A stretch of DNA of 64,000 nucleotides from Squalus acanthias (lineage: Eukaryota): positions 101,558,001 through 101,622,000 of the forward strand of contig CM059432.1 in assembly GCA_030390025.1 (NCBI GenBank), written 5' to 3'. This document shows positions 24,932-38,780 of the stretch, one piece after another. The notes beneath the pieces were generated by a model. That model was not told the DNA's origin, searched no databases, and worked only from the letters and a program-made list of their open reading frames with translations. Each line of letters begins with the position of its first letter. Position 1 is the first letter of the stretch. The position numbers and the translations under genes were made by a program.

Positions 24932-25339
24932 AATGTTTTTTCCTCAGAACCCAGAGAAAATGATAATTTCTGTTGTTTCTAAAAAATTTGCCTAATCCCA
25001 GTCATTAAAAAGCTTCACTAATTTTAACGTAAGGGCACAAACCTGTGGCACAGTAATAGAATACCCTTCACACTATCACATAAAGGTACATAAATGTCAA
25101 ACTAACACATAACAGTTCAATAAAATTTGACATGGAGTTAAAGAGACAAAGAGAAAAGAAAACAATACAAAGGGTCCAAGTGAATCTAGGTGATTGTAAT
25201 TACTGCTTTCAGCTTGTCATGTTACATATATTTCCAGCCTGTGTTAAATTCCACTGGATGCCTAAGAATTTCTGAATTTAATTTTTAATAGTTTTCATGA
25301 AAGTCCAGTTGGCATTCTTCCAGTATTTGATTATTTTGT

Positions 25340-27150
25340 TTTATTTATTCATTCACAGGATGTGGGCGTTGCTGGCAAGGCCGGCATTTATTGCCCATTC
25401 CTAATTGCCTTGAGAAATGAGCTGCCTTCTTGAACCGCTGCAGTCCGTGTGGTGAAGGTACTCCCATAGTGCTGTTAGGTAGAGAGTTCTAGGATTTTGA
25501 CCCAGAGATGATGAAGGAATGGCGATATACTTCTAAATCAGAATGGTGTGTGACTTGGAGGGGAACTTGGAGGTGGTGGTGTTCCCATGCACTTGCTGCC
25601 CTTGTCCTTCTAGGTGGTAGAGGTCGCAGGTTTGGGAGGTGCTGTCGAAGAAGGCTTGGCGAGATGCTGCAGTGCATCTTGTAGATGGTACACACTGCAG
25701 CTGTATTGCACTGGCACTGGAGGGAGTGAGTGTTTAAGGTGGTAGAGGGGGTGCCAATCAAGTGGACTGTTTTGTCCTGGATGTGTTGAGCTTCTTGAGT
25801 GTTGTTGGAACTGCACTCATTCAGAGAAGTGGAGAGTATTCCATCACACTCCTGACTTGTGCCTTGTAGATGCTGGAAAGGCTTTGGGGAATCAGATGAG
25901 TCACTCGCTGCAGAATACCCAGCCTCTGAGCTGCTCTTGTAGCCACAGTATTTATGTGGCTGGTCCATTTAAGTTTCTGGTCAATGGTGACCCCCAGGAT
26001 GTTGACGGGGGTGGGGGTGATTTGACGATGGCAATGCCGTTGAATGTCAATGGGAGGTGGTTAGATTCGCTCTTGTTGGAGATGGTCATTGCCTGACGTT
26101 TGTGTGGCGCGAATGTTCCTTGCCAATTATCAGCCCAGGTCTTGCTGCACATGGGCACGGACTGCTTAATTTTCTGGGGAATTGCAAATGGAACTGAACA
26201 TTGTGCAATCATAAGCAAACATCCCCACTTCTGACCTTATGGTGGAGGGAAGGTCATTGATGAAGCAGCTGGAGATGGTTGGGACTGGGACACTGCCCTG
26301 AGGAACTCCTGCAGCCATGTCCTGGGGCTGAAATGATTTTCCTTCAACAACCACAACCATCTTTCTTTGTGCTAGGTATGACTCCAGCCAGTGGAGAGTT
26401 TTCCCCTGATTCCCATTGACTTCAATTTTACTAGAGCTCCTTGGTGTTACACTTGGTCAAATGCTGCCTTGATGTCAAGAGCAGTGACTCTCACCTCACC
26501 TCTGGAATTCAGCTCTTTTGTCCATATTTGGACCATGGCTGTAATGAGGTCTGGAGCCGAATGGCCCTGGTGGAACCCAAACTGAGCATCAGTGAGCAGT
26601 TTATTGATGAGTAAGTGCTGCTTGATGGTACTGTTGATGACATCTTCCATCACTTTGCTGATGATTGAGAGTAGGCTGATGGGACAGTAATTGGCCGGAT
26701 TGGATTTGTCCTGCTTGACAGAACATACCTGGGCAATTTTCCACTTTGTTGGGTAGATGCCAGTCTTGTAGCTATACTGGAACAACTTGGCTAGAGGCGC
26801 GGCTAGCTCTGAAGCACAAATCCAGCACTACAGCTGGGATGTTGTCGGAGTCTATAGCCTTTGCTGTATCCAGTGTGCTCAGCCATTTCTTGATATCATG
26901 TGGAGTGAATCAAAATTGCTGATGACTGGCATCTGTGATGGTGGGAACCTCAGGAGGAGGCCAAGATGGATCATCCACTCGGCACTTCTGGCTGAAGATT
27001 TCAGCCTTGTCTTTTGCACTTACATGCTGTGCTCCGCCATCGTTGAGGATGTGGATGTTCATGGAGCCTTCTCCTTCCGTTAGTTGTTTAATTGTCCACC
27101 ACCATTCATGACTGAATGCAGTAGGACTGTAGAGCTTTGATCTGATCCGT
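25340..27150 (-). mobile_element. CR1-group LINE 'family B', RT region to 3' end, degenerate
   Basis: KQDKSNPANYCPISLLSIISKVME, AQFGF, ALDIKAAFD, AGVPQGSV; homologous to 49295-51120. Confidence 0.9.
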
Positions 27151-30100
27151 TGGTTGTGGTTGTGATTGTGATTGATATTCAGCTCCTGTTGAAAAGAGTT
27201 TTATGTAGGTGTGTCTGCTGTGTTGTTGCTGGGCAGAGTGACACAGAAATTGGAAGTGTAACTCAGATCTTCTTCTCCCCGCTCACTCTAGGCAGGTACT
27301 TGACTGAGACCAGTAGCTGCAGTATGGGTTCCAGCCAGGCAGTACCTTGTTTACACTGCTTTGCTCAGAACGTTGTTCCACTGTCCACGAGAGAGCTCTG
27401 CGCATGTTTGGTTATATAATTGCTCAGAGTTCCTCTTCCAGAGATTAAGCTTTAAACAGATGATTTTCACAGCCTCCACAGGGTGGGAATGGGGTGGTAG
27501 TTCTCCAAAAATCGTGGAGTTGAATTTACCGCCTTGTTCTCTCTCCTGATCCACCCGGCAGCATTTTGTTTGGGGCCTTCACATGGGGGGCCTGCCTGTT
27601 TCAGCCAGGAGCCGACTTGTAATGTGCAAAGCGGGGTCCTATCTGGAACAATCTTCAGGTAGCAATGAGCAGAGCAGTCCTTAAAGAGATCAATGCAGGC
27701 CATTCAGAAAACCAGTATTGGTAAGTTTTTTTTTAAAAAAAAGGTTTTGTGGGGCCAAAAGGAGCATGAGTTTAAGTTATTACTTCCACCTTTTCCTCAT
27801 ATTCCAACCACCATATTTCTCACCCAAATGGCAAGCTACCTGTGAGCATTTGCAACTTTCTGTGCATATTGATATGAGCCCCGACCATTATAATGAGTCT
27901 GCCCTCTCAGAAGGACATCAGGTGGACATGCATTCACATCTCTGGCCGCCTGCCAATGTCCACCTAAAGTTATAATCATCCCCTAAATGTTTACAGAGCA
28001 TGGGTGGCAAAGTCTGCTTTTCACTCTCAAGTGTTATCTTTGAGGAATTCCGATATCCAGACACCAAATTATGCTGGGTTCCTACTACCCCAGCTACTGA
28101 CCATTCTTGGGCTCTGAGTTTACTATATCCATCTGGCCCAGGTGGCCTGTTTAAAGGCTCCCCTACTGATGTACTTCTGCATACCCCTCTGCTCATCCAA
28201 GTTCTGCACTGTGCTCATGGAAGTTGAGTCAGTAATCTTCCAACTTGAATGAGAGCTCCGGGTGTCAGTAAACCTTCAGCATTCGCCTTGCCACCTGGGA
28301 CTCAGGAGAAATTAGTCAGGTCTTTCTTACATCAGTAAGGATCAGGAACGTATTTTAAATTCAATGTTACATTTCACTTAGCAGTTTTTAAAAAGATACT
28401 GATGCAATGAAATTGGCCATTGTTGCTGCTCCAATCAGTATTGTATTGTATCCTGGCGTGACTACTTCCCCTTCCATTCAGATCCTCCATCATTCTGGAA
28501 CAGCATCATTGAAAATTCAGATCATCAGCCCACTCAAGAGTGGAAAAATAAATAATCTAAAAGTTGATGCTTTCTGACAGTCCCAAACACCTGTATTGCG
28601 GCATCCCTGAACCTCAAATATGTATCGTAAAATTTACCCTCAGTGCGATTCTTGTTGATAATAAACTGTGTGTAATTTTCTTCTGGCTGCAAATGTTTCT
28701 CAGATTTCATAAAGTGTAAAGTGTACTCAACAATTTTTGTTGCCATTTTTCACGTAATTCTATTGACCCTTATTGACCTTTCCTCTCCAGCTAAACGCTG
28801 GACAGTAAATGACACATTTGGCCTTACTTTGTGATAAATATAGGTGCCGCATAAACGTGCCACCTCATTAGTTGGACACATATCCCACGGGCAAATACAA
28901 AATAGGGAAGTATAGCAGAGAAAATTGGAATTCCACACTTTAAGAAAAATGCTGTGAAATTATTAAATTTGTGCCTCAGTGCTTTACTCTTTGAATCCCA
29001 TTTGTAGACAAATCAATAAAACCCTATATAACATCTGTGGCTCCTTGTCAGGTGAGGCAGGGCCATTAAATCTGCCTTCAGACAGGTTAGCTTAAACAGG
29101 GATTTATTACAGAAGCTGCTCAGCTAATATACGAACACAACTGTAGCCATAGCAACAACAATAACACTCAATATCCACAGCTAAAATGTCTAATTAGCAA
29201 ATTTGAAAAACAAATCCTTTTAGGAAAGATTATTTTTGTGCTACATTTTTTTTACATCACTGATATCCTATCTACCTTTTCTCTCTATCATAGTATCGTG
29301 TAGAAGTGGGACACAGCCTTGAACAGGTTTGAGCAACTGCAGGCCCCAGAATTTTTAAATTTTCAGCGTACAATGATTAACAATTTGTACTGGTTTTATC
29401 AAATTAGAAGGTGGACCAACAGACTGAAAACAAAGATTTTCTATCGGTCTAAGAAACAGAGGAAACATTCTGTTGGAGATAAATTGAGCAGTGAAACAAA
29501 TGGGTTCAGCTCAGTAGAAAACAGCAAGAGAATATAAAATTGCAGGTTTCATTAAGCGTTTGGTACACCAATACAGTGGGTGCTTCTAAGTGCATGTTTC
29601 ACAGATTATAGTGCTACTTACACCTGTCTTTCTAATTAGTATAGAGCTTGTAATTAGCCAGCAATAAGCTGATAAAACCCGAGTAAAACCCATCATTAAA
29701 TATTTATACTTGTCTTAAACACAAAATGATTTATTACAGAACCTTAGGCCAACACTGATTAGATCAATTCCCCATCAATATTATAATTTTGGATGCCAAA
29801 GCCTCTTTGTGATCCAGTATTATTCTTGATAAAATCAACATTATTAGTGTCAACTTTTAATCTAATAAACGTGATTTTGGTATCATCAGAACTGAATTGT
29901 CATGTAATCCTCTTTAAATCATTAATCCACCTAAATTTATTCCTGTGTGTGATACTTGTTCAGACTCTTAAATTCATTGCAAGCTCCTGAGTTTAATTTT
30001 CATGCTATCAACCACCGTAGTAACTTATTGTAATTTATTTTCCAATAACGTACATGCTCAGGTGAAATTTGAATTGATATGACAAGAATTAATTTCTTTA

Positions 30101-30456
30101 TGCCTAGGAAAGGAGAGCAGCTAATGGCCAGGTGCAAGTCTTCTGGATCCAGTGTTGCTATTTTTTTACAGAATATCCCGAGTAATGTGGAGGTGTCTGC
30201 ATTTGATGCTCATCAATATTGATAACTCATCCACATTTCTTGGACATTTTAGTAGCTTTGTTCACCAGTAAATAATTGGAATTTAATTTCAGTTTCAAGT
30301 TCACAAATTCCTTTGTTTTAGGAATACAGAAGCCATTAAACTCAAATTATTCCTCACGTCCATCAAGGAGCTTGCGTCAAACTGACACTACTTGCTGTAT
30401 GTGAGGATATGTAAATTTTGGTTTTCATGGTGGATGATCAAAATTTCAAACCTTTT

Positions 30457-30818
30457 GGGCGCAAAATTTGGTTACGCCCCGTTTGGGGGTGGTAATTAAG
30501 GCTGGACATTTAGCGCCCAGCGTGGAAGTACCGCCCCGGCCACTGAATTCGGCTTACCGCCCCACACAGGAAGTGGAGTGCAATGTCAGGCACACGCCGA
30601 TAACGTCATCGCCGGAGGCACACCACCCGGGGTGCTATCAGCAGGGGCGCGGCGCTATCGGGTAGCACCTCAGCAACGCCCTGCCGAATTTCTCGAGAGG
30701 TGCTTTTTTTCGCCCCCCTCCCCACCCCCACCCACCCCCGGACGATAAGCCCTTTGCGCCCCGTTAGCACCCCCCGGAGGCACTAACGACAGGCACAAAG
30801 GAGCCGAATTTCTAGCCC
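30457..30818. mobile_element. Harbinger-family MITE (same group as 17307-21393)
   Basis: Termini GGGCGCAAAATT / AATTTCTAGCCC; shares CGCCCCGTTTGGGG and TTTGCGCCCCGTTAGCACCC subterminal blocks; flanks TTT / TAT. Confidence 0.7.
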
Positions 30819-31234
30819 TATACCTCTGAACCCAATATTTATAAACTCCCACTGCCCATATAAGTAGACACAAGTAGATTATGTAGGACTGCATTGGTTG
30901 TGTGAACATATCATTCAATGTCCTGTATGTTTGAAGCCTCCCAGCATGTCTTATTTAGCCACCTGATTTAATTGATTTTAATTTGTATGATTTGCACAAT
31001 ATTTGTTGTGTTCCAAGTTGTTGTTTTTCAGCACAAGTCTGCTGTGTTTTTAGCACATTTTAGAACATTGTCTCACACTACCATGTATATATAGAAATGT
31101 ATTGCTTTCTGCTTTTCTGTACCAACAAGAAGCTCTAAGCCCTGCTTCTGTTTATATGTAGACATGCCAGCAATGAAAGCATTGCAAATTATTTTAAAAG
31201 CCCGATGGTGTGCCGACCATTCATAACTGGTGGG

Positions 31235-31449
31235 CCCATCTTTTATTTCCATGTTTGTCCCATTATCACCTCCTTTTGCCTTGCACCATCATTCCTTTTA
31301 CATTTAATTACTCTTGCCCTCCATCCTTTCACCAACCTTTCCTTTTTGTCCTTTCCCTGTACCCTTTTTCCCAGGGTCCATACTTGCTTAAATGATTTTA
31401 ATCTCGAGCATCTTTCAGTTCTGATGAAAGGTCATCGACCTGAAACATT
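31235..31449 (+). mobile_element. Penelope-like element fragment ending in a hammerhead ribozyme core
   Basis: Pyrimidine-rich tract followed by AGTT-CTGATGA-A-AGGTC-ATC-GACCT-GAAACATT (31417-31449). Confidence 0.65.
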
Positions 31450-31988
31450 GGCCGGAATTTTCCGGGGGCAGCGGGTCAGGTGGGAAAGTGGTTTTTTTTG
31501 ACAGCGGGTCAGGTACGCACGGTCAACCCGCCGCCACGCGCCTTTCCCAATGTTGGGTCCGTCAACGCTGAGCAGACCCGACTGGCAGCGGCAGCAGCAG
31601 GGGACCTAATTAAAATGATTAGCATCTAGTTGCCAGATGCTTAAAAGCCTTTTTTCACTTACCTTTTGTCTTTAACTTTATGACCACGGGATCCTCGCTG
31701 TGCGCAGACCACGGCTGTCAAGCTGAGGCGTGAGTTCCGTGGCCATTGCTCCAGCTGATTACTTGACAGCTTCAAATCTACAGTAAAAGCTCCCACCTGA
31801 CTGATATTCACTCTCCTCAGGTAGAAGCTTTTTCTCACTCCATTTCCAGCACACATTCTGCAGGCTTTCCACTTTCCACTCTCTAACCACTCTCACCTCA
31901 TTGGAAGGACTCTCTCATCATTGACAGAATGCTTCTGTCATCTTTACTTCACCTGCCATCTATTCCATCAACATGGGTGCCCTTTATT
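31450..31988. mobile_element. One end of a Harbinger-like element (family of 44539-46285), truncated
   Basis: Starts GGCCGGAATTTT; colinear with 44539-45085 up to ATGGGTGCCCTTTAT, then joins CR1. Confidence 0.75.
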
Positions 31989-31989
31989 T

Positions 31990-33285
31990 ATGAAAGGGAA
32001 ATCGTGTTTGACAAATCTGTTAGAGTTTTTTTGAGGTTGTAACTAGCAGAATAGATAAGGGGGAACCAGTGGATGTGGTGTATTTGGATTTTCAGAAGGC
32101 ATTCGATAAGGTGCCACACAAGAGGTTATTAAATAAAATTAGGGCTCATGGGATGGGGGTTAATATACTAGCATGGATTGAGGATTGGTTAACGGACAGA
32201 AAGCAGAGAGTAGGAATGAACGGGTCATTATCAGGTTGGCAGGCTGTAACTAGTGGGGTACCGCAAGGATCAGTGCTTGGGCCTCAGCTTTTCACAAACT
32301 ACATCAATGATTTGGTTGAGGGGACCAAGTGTAATATATCCAAGTTTGCTGATGATACAAAGCTGGGTGGGAATATAAGTTGTGAGGAGGATGCAAGGAG
32401 GATTCAAGGGGATATAGACAGGCTAAGTGAGTGGGCAAGAACATGGCAAATGGAATATAATGTGGAGAAATGTGAAATTATCCACTTTGGTAGGAAAAAT
32501 AGAAAAGCAGAGTATTTTTTAAATGGTGAGAGATTGGGAAATGTTGGTGTTCAGAGGGACCTGGGTGTTCTTGTACACAAATCACTGGAAGTTAACATGC
32601 AGGTACAGCAAGCAATTAGGAAAGCAAATGATATGTTGGCCTTTATTACGAGAGGATTTGAGTATAGAGTAAAGACGTCTTACTGCAATTATATAGGGCC
32701 CTGGTGAGACCACACCTGGAGTATTGTGTACAGTTTTGGTCTCCTTACCTAAGGAAAGATATACTTGCCATAGAGGGAGTGCAATGAAGGTTCACCAGCC
32801 TGGTTCCTGGGATGGGAGTAATGTCCTATGAGAAGAGATTAAGTAGACTGGGCCTATATTCTCTAGAGTTTAGAAGAATGAGAGGTGATCTCATTGAAAC
32901 ATACAAAATTCTTACAGGGCTTGACAGGATAGATGCAGGGAGGATGTTTCCCCTGGCTGGGGAGTCTAGAACCAGGGGTCACAGTCTCAGAATAAGGGGT
33001 CGGCCATTTAGGACTGAGATGAGGAGAAATTTCTTCACTCAGAGGATGGTGAATCTTTGGAATTCTCTACCCCAGAGGGCTGTGGAGGCTCAGTCGTTGA
33101 ATATATTCAAGACAGAGATCGATAGATTTTTGAATATTTTGAATATTAAAGGAATCAAGGGATATAGGGATAGTGCAGGAAAGTGGAGATGAGGTAGAAG
33201 ATCAGCCATGATCTTATTGAATGGTGGAGCAGGCTCGAAGGGCCGAATGGCCAAATGGCCTACTCCTATTTCTTATGTTCTTATG
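31990..33285 (+). mobile_element. CR1 LINE 3' 1.3 kb, relatively young
   Basis: ORF 32069-32707 DVVYLDFQKAFDKVPH...[11 protein letters not shown]...KFADDTKL; ORF 32812-33192; tail TTCTTATGTTCTTATG. Confidence 0.95.
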
Positions 33286-33399
33286 ACGCAAATATCAATT
33301 TGGTTCACCTATGCTCAGTGCTTTGATCTGATGGCCTCGTTGAGATTGGTGAAGCACATCAGTACATTTAGTGCACTGGCTAACAGTATTTCCAATATA

Positions 33400-34289
33400 G
33401 GAACATAGGAACAGGAATAAGCCATTCAGACCCTTGAGCCTGTTCTGTCATTCAATGAGATCATGGCTGATCTGGATCTTAACTCCTTCTACCTGCCTTG
33501 GCTCCATATCCTTTTATACCCTTGTCTAGCAAAAATCTATCGATCTCAGATTTAAAATTATTAGTTGAGCTAACAACTACTGTTTTTTTAGTGGGAGGTA
33601 GTTCCACACTTCTACCACCCATTGCGTGAAGAAGTGTTTCCTAGCTTCTCTCCTGAATGGCGTGGCTCTGATTTTAAAGTAATGTCCCCTAGTTCTAGAC
33701 TCCACCACCAGCAGTAAAAGTTTCTCTGTACCTATGCGTCCAATTCCTTTAAAAATCCTAAAAACCTCAATCAAATCACCACTTAACACTGTCAACTTTT
33801 TTGGTCCAAAAAGGAGGACCTCACACTTTCCTACATTGAAATCCATCTGCCACAGTTTTGCCCACTCATTTAATCTATCAATGTCTCTTTGTAATTTTAT
33901 GCTCCTGTCTACACTACCATGGCTCTTTATTGTGTTATCTAAGTCATTAATAAATATATTGGATAGTTGAAGCCCCAGCACAGATCCTTGTGGGACACCA
34001 CTAGTCACTTCCTTCCAATTCAAGTACGTAGTCATTATACTTACTTTCTGTCTTCTACCGCCAATCAGTCTCCTAACCAAGTCAACAATTTGCTTTCAGT
34101 TCCATCATGAGTTTTAATTTTAGCTAACAATCTCTTACGTGGGACCTTCTGGAAGTCCATATAAACTACATCCATTAGTTACTTCCTCAAAAAAAATTAT
34201 TTAAGTTTCTTTAGACATGACCTACCCTTTACAAATCCATGTTGGCTCTCTCTAATCAGCTCAAATTTCTCTAAGTGCTCAGTCACTCT
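33400..34289 (-). mobile_element. CR1 LINE 3' part (split by Harbinger)
   Basis: ORF 33577-34080 [10 protein letters not shown]...[24 protein letters not shown]; continues at 37049. Confidence 0.9.
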
Positions 34290-34642
34290 GGGATAGAAAT
34301 TTGTTATAGCCAAGGAATGGGCAGCGTCAGAAGAAAAGTTGGAGAATTTGCGCCAGGTGCAAATGCTTTAGACTGCATGAAATATTCATCCTCACTGCTC
34401 AATAAAATGATTGGAGTCCTAAATCAAGTCTTAAAACCCAAGCTCATTGGCATTAGACTTAAAGGGTGGACCAACATCGGGGGCAGTCTAATCGAAACTC
34501 ATCATTGCCACAGGCTTTTTTCAGTACTTAAAGGGGAGGTTCATTGATGCTGCAGCATCTCATTCTCAGCATTGCTGGCTGTGCAGCTGCCTCAGCAAGC
34601 AGAACAAGGAGAAGGTGCTGGAGGACTGAACCAGGTGTGCTC

Positions 34643-36258
34643 ATGGCAGATCCATGCCCAAGGGAGAGAGCTCGCAGATTCTCCTATGAAGCATCGGAGG
34701 CATTGGTTTTCGCTGTGGAGAGATGGAGGGCGATGCTCTACCCGACAAGTGGCAGGAGGCCCTCGCCACAATTCTTCTGCACCATGTGGCGGGTTGTACC
34801 GCAGCACATCTTGGGCAGCACAGTGGTACCCAGGACCCACACACAGCGCAGGAAGAAATTTAACAACCTCACTCAGATGGTCAGGGTGAGTGAATGCTTC
34901 AATAAATGCTACATACCACCATCTGTACCACAATCTTCACTCACTGCCCAAAGCACCACACCCCCAGCACTCACTCACCAACAATCGCTACCTACCAACA
35001 CTCACACCCACATCTCACACCTTGCACACAATGACAACTATTCAACTATGGCAGGCACATCACCCAAACATATTGCTCCACACTCACTCACACATTTTCC
35101 TGTCTCTTGCATGCCAAGGTGGCGCACAACTGGAGGGAGCAGGAGCACACAGGCAGGGGACAAGCCGACACCTAACCACTGTCTGCACTGGAGAATCGAG
35201 TGCTGCAAATCATTAGGCGCCAGGTGTTGGGCGCTGTGCCCACCAGCAATGTTGACCCCTTTGGGGACAGCAATGGTATGTTAACAGCTACTTCTTCTTC
35301 TCACATCCCACTTCCCCTCACCCCACAAGTGTTTCACACTTTCCAGCTAATGATGCTGTCTCCATGCTTTCTCCCTTCCTGCCCCCCTCCCCTCACCTTA
35401 ACCCAACTCTTGTGCCTTTATACTTTCATATAATCAGCAAACACCTGAGCAGCCTGTCCCTGAGGGCAGTGTAGAGCGCGAGGGGGGAGAAGAGGAGGAG
35501 GAAGAACACACCGCGTCACTGCATCTCTCACCCGCAGACACCAGCTCAGATACTGGCCCAATGCGTTCTTTAGAGGCTAGTATAGTAACAGAATCAGCAC
35601 AGGGTGAGGCATCGGGGACGAGTGGGCTGCAGCAAGGCCAGAGGGAAAGGGTAGCTCGGGGGCCAGCTCCCCGGAGGGTGAGTTCGCGCACGAGTTCTGC
35701 CACACAGGACTCAGATGAGGACCTCGATGGGAAGGCCTTTAGAAGAAGGGAGATGGGCATGCACACAGAGATCATAGGTGCAATGGCAAGCGTGCCCAAG
35801 AGCCTCTCAGCAATGGTAAGGAGTGTGGAGGAGTCCACCTCCAACATTGCACAAGGCTCTGTGCACAACATGGAGCCCATCATTTCCAGTCTGCAAAGGA
35901 TGGCAGACTCCCAGAGAGATCGTGGCGACCCAGACCTGATGCCGCATGTGATGGGCGATCTGGCAGCTTCCATGGCAGCACAGGCGGAAGCAACACTACA
36001 TCTTAGTGCTATAATGCAGTCTATGCTTCATGACATCCAATCTCAGACTGCTCTCATCCAGTCTCAGCTTGATGCCACGCAAGCTCTGATTGCTGCCATT
36101 GTGGCTGGGTCTACCACCGTCGACCGGGGTTTTCATGGTGTCGCAGCAGGCCAGCAATCTGTGCTCCAACAGATTGCTAGGGATGCTGAGGTGCTGCCCT
36201 GGGGGAGTGGCAGTGGGTCAGTGGAGCAGGAACCTCCTCTCCTCTCTCAGGATGAGAG
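34643..36258 (+). pseudogene. Harbinger Myb/SANT-like gene, decayed
   Basis: MADPCPRERARRFSYEASEALV...RTHTQRRKKFNNLTQMVR, donor GTGAGT at 34886; acceptor mutated to CAT before 35113; second donor at 35276; C-terminus homologous to 18640-19362 (ATQAL.AAIVAGS). Confidence 0.85.
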
Positions 36259-36299
36259 GGATGGAATGATGGGGATCTGGTGAGCAAAGGGGTTCTGGG

Positions 36300-36562
36300 T
36301 TAAGTAATCCTGGTGTGAGGCTGGAGGTCTGTTTGGAGGAGGTGGCAGAGTTCTGTGACCACCTCCTTGGTGAAGTGGAGCCATCTAATACACTGCTCCT
36401 CACTTAATTGAAGGTAGGAGAAGTGCTCTTGGAATAGCCTTGGAGTGTAAGGCCTCCTGGTGAGAGCCCTGATGTCCCTCCTCATCTCTCTGCGCACATG
36501 TTCCCTATTTCTCACCACCATAGATCCTGGAGGGCGAGGTCGACTGCCAGTACAGCCCCCAT
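36300..36562 (-). pseudogene. Harbinger transposase N-terminal fragment
   Basis: ATG at 36562 (MGAVL); RRPYTPRLFQEHFSYLQLSEEQCIRWLHFTKEVVTELCHLLQ aligns with the 19743-20822 protein; catalytic core deleted. Confidence 0.85.
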
Positions 36563-37048
36563 TAATGTTACCAAGTGTAACAGTTTGAATCTTTGAAGAA
36601 TAAATGTAGCTACTTTTAGTTGCCAGAAGACTCCTTATACAAAAGAACCTTGAAATTACTGAATGAAAATGTTGCAGTGGGAGAAACTAACAAAATCCCA
36701 CTGAAATTGCACTAACCTGACAGCTGCACGTGATTACTGCTGATCACTTTTAGTAATGTTTCTGGTTCTGCACACCAGCTCGCCCTGTCAGTGTTTACTC
36801 CAGACGGTGAAGTAAATGGCGAGAATCAACTTTGCAAATTGGGCGGTCAGTGAGCGTTGCACACTCACTGACGTCACAATCTACCTGGCGCTGACCTTCC
36901 CTGCGATACCTCTGACCAGCAGTGCTACGGGCAGTTGGATTTGACGTGCGCCGCTGGATTCTCCTCGACCCGGCAATATTGGTCTAGCGCCCATTGGCGC
37001 CATCTACTGGTGCTAACGGGAGGTGCGAAGGGGATGAATTTTTCCCCC

Positions 37049-37850
37049 TCTGTCCTTAATTGTAGATTCCAAGAACTTCCCCACAACAGATGTTAGACTA
37101 GCAGGTCTATCATTTCCTGGTTTCTCTCTCTCATCTTTCTTAAATACCGGTGTTACATTTGAAATTTTCCAATCTAAAGGGACAATTCCTGAATCGAGAA
37201 AGCTTTGGAAGATTATGGCTAAAACATCAGCAATTTCCTCACTTACTTCCTTTAAAACCCTGGGGTGGAAACCATCAGGTCCTGGGGATTTGTCAGTCCT
37301 CAGTGCCATTATTTTTTCTAATACTGTTTTCCTGCTTATGTTAACTTTAGTGAGTTCCAGTCCTTGATTCATTATTAATTAGCCTGGAATGTCAGGTGCA
37401 TTACCCTTTTCCTCTACTGTGAAGATGGACACAATTAGTCAACAAGTCTGCCTATTTCCTTATTTTCATTTGCAATGTTAGCCCCATCCATTTTTAAAGG
37501 GCCCACATTACCCTTGACTATCCTTTTTCTTCTAATATAATTGAAAACACTTTTTGTGTTAATATTGATATCCCTTGCAAGTCTCTTCTCATATTCCCTT
37601 ATCACAGCTCTTGCTATCGTTTTTGTCTTCCTTTGCTATTCTTTATATCTCTCCCAGTCCCCTCGAGTTATACTATTCTTTGCACTTTTATATGCTCTTT
37701 CCTTTAGTTTTATAACTTTTTGTTGATCACAGCTGTATTATTTGGTAAGCAGCATTCTTTACCCTTTGGGGTATATATTGGTTCTGTATTAAGCTAAATT
37801 ATTTTCTGAACACCTCCCACTGTTCATCTGTAGTTTTACCCGATAATAGT
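37049..37850 (-). mobile_element. CR1 LINE upstream part (same copy as 33400-34289)
   Basis: KSPGPDGFHPRVLKE...VPLDWKISNVTPVFKK...SLTSVVGKFLES. Confidence 0.9.
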
Positions 37851-38780
37851 TTCAAAAATGGAACAATAAGGGAAAATAACAGGAAACAAAAGAAAACAAA
37901 AATGAGAAAGAACACAGAGAGTAAAGCACAAGAGAACATTACAGACAGAAAAGGAAGAAAGGAAATATTACAAAACAGAAGTAAAAAGATAAATAATAAA
38001 AGAAATCAGAGCATGCAAGAAAAGAAATAGGGGGCGTGGAAATAATTGGATAACTCTTTCAAAGAGCTGGCACAGGCACGATGGGCCGAATAATTGGGGG
38101 GAGGGTGTATTGGGGGTGTGTGTTGTGGGGGTGTGTTGGGGAGGTGTAGGCCAAAGGCTTCTTTGTGAGACCTGGAGGGAGCACTCCTGCTCCTCCTGGC
38201 CTACACGGAATGCTAAAAGGAAATTTGGGTTTTTAAAACATTAAATGGGCGGGAATGGGGTCAGGTTGCTTGATCCCGATATTTTAATCCCTCTCCCGCC
38301 CATTGAGGGAGGGGGGCATTAAGATCGAGGCCTATGATTCTATGATATGATTCGGTCAGAGCTTGTCAATGCACTGATTGGTTTAATACTATGATCCCCA
38401 TGCAAATACATTAAATATGGCTTTCATTAATCTTTTAAATTTATGAAAAAATTTGCTAGTCATTATTTTGATTGCTGTCTGCTTCTGTACAGATATCTTT
38501 ATTAACAGTGCATTCTAGTCTTATCTGTAACAGTTTTCTACAGTTCTCTGCCAAAATAGCAAACTCCCCAGTCATAAGTAATACTCTCATCAACAATAAC
38601 CAAAGCAATAGAATGCAGTTAGTAAAATAACAAAACACTGCTTCAAAATGCAGTGCTAAACATTTTTTTTAAGGTGTCCTGTGTGAGCTGGACAATAGTA
38701 TCCTTTGACTATTTAACATCAGAGCTGACTCCAATCCCATGCACTCTCATACACATATCCATACTTAGGGATGACTTATT

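Larger units (their letters stand above)
34290..37048. mobile_element. Second PIF/Harbinger transposon, internally deleted, inserted in CR1
   Basis: TIR GGGATAGAAATT / AATTTTTCCCCC; exact TSD TCT; removing it restores the CR1 frame (LESTIKDRVTEHLE). Confidence 0.9.

Noticed and set aside
28380..28940. ORFs 28534-28746 and 28750-28938 as host exons
   Set aside because: No recognisable domain or convincing splice-site pair.
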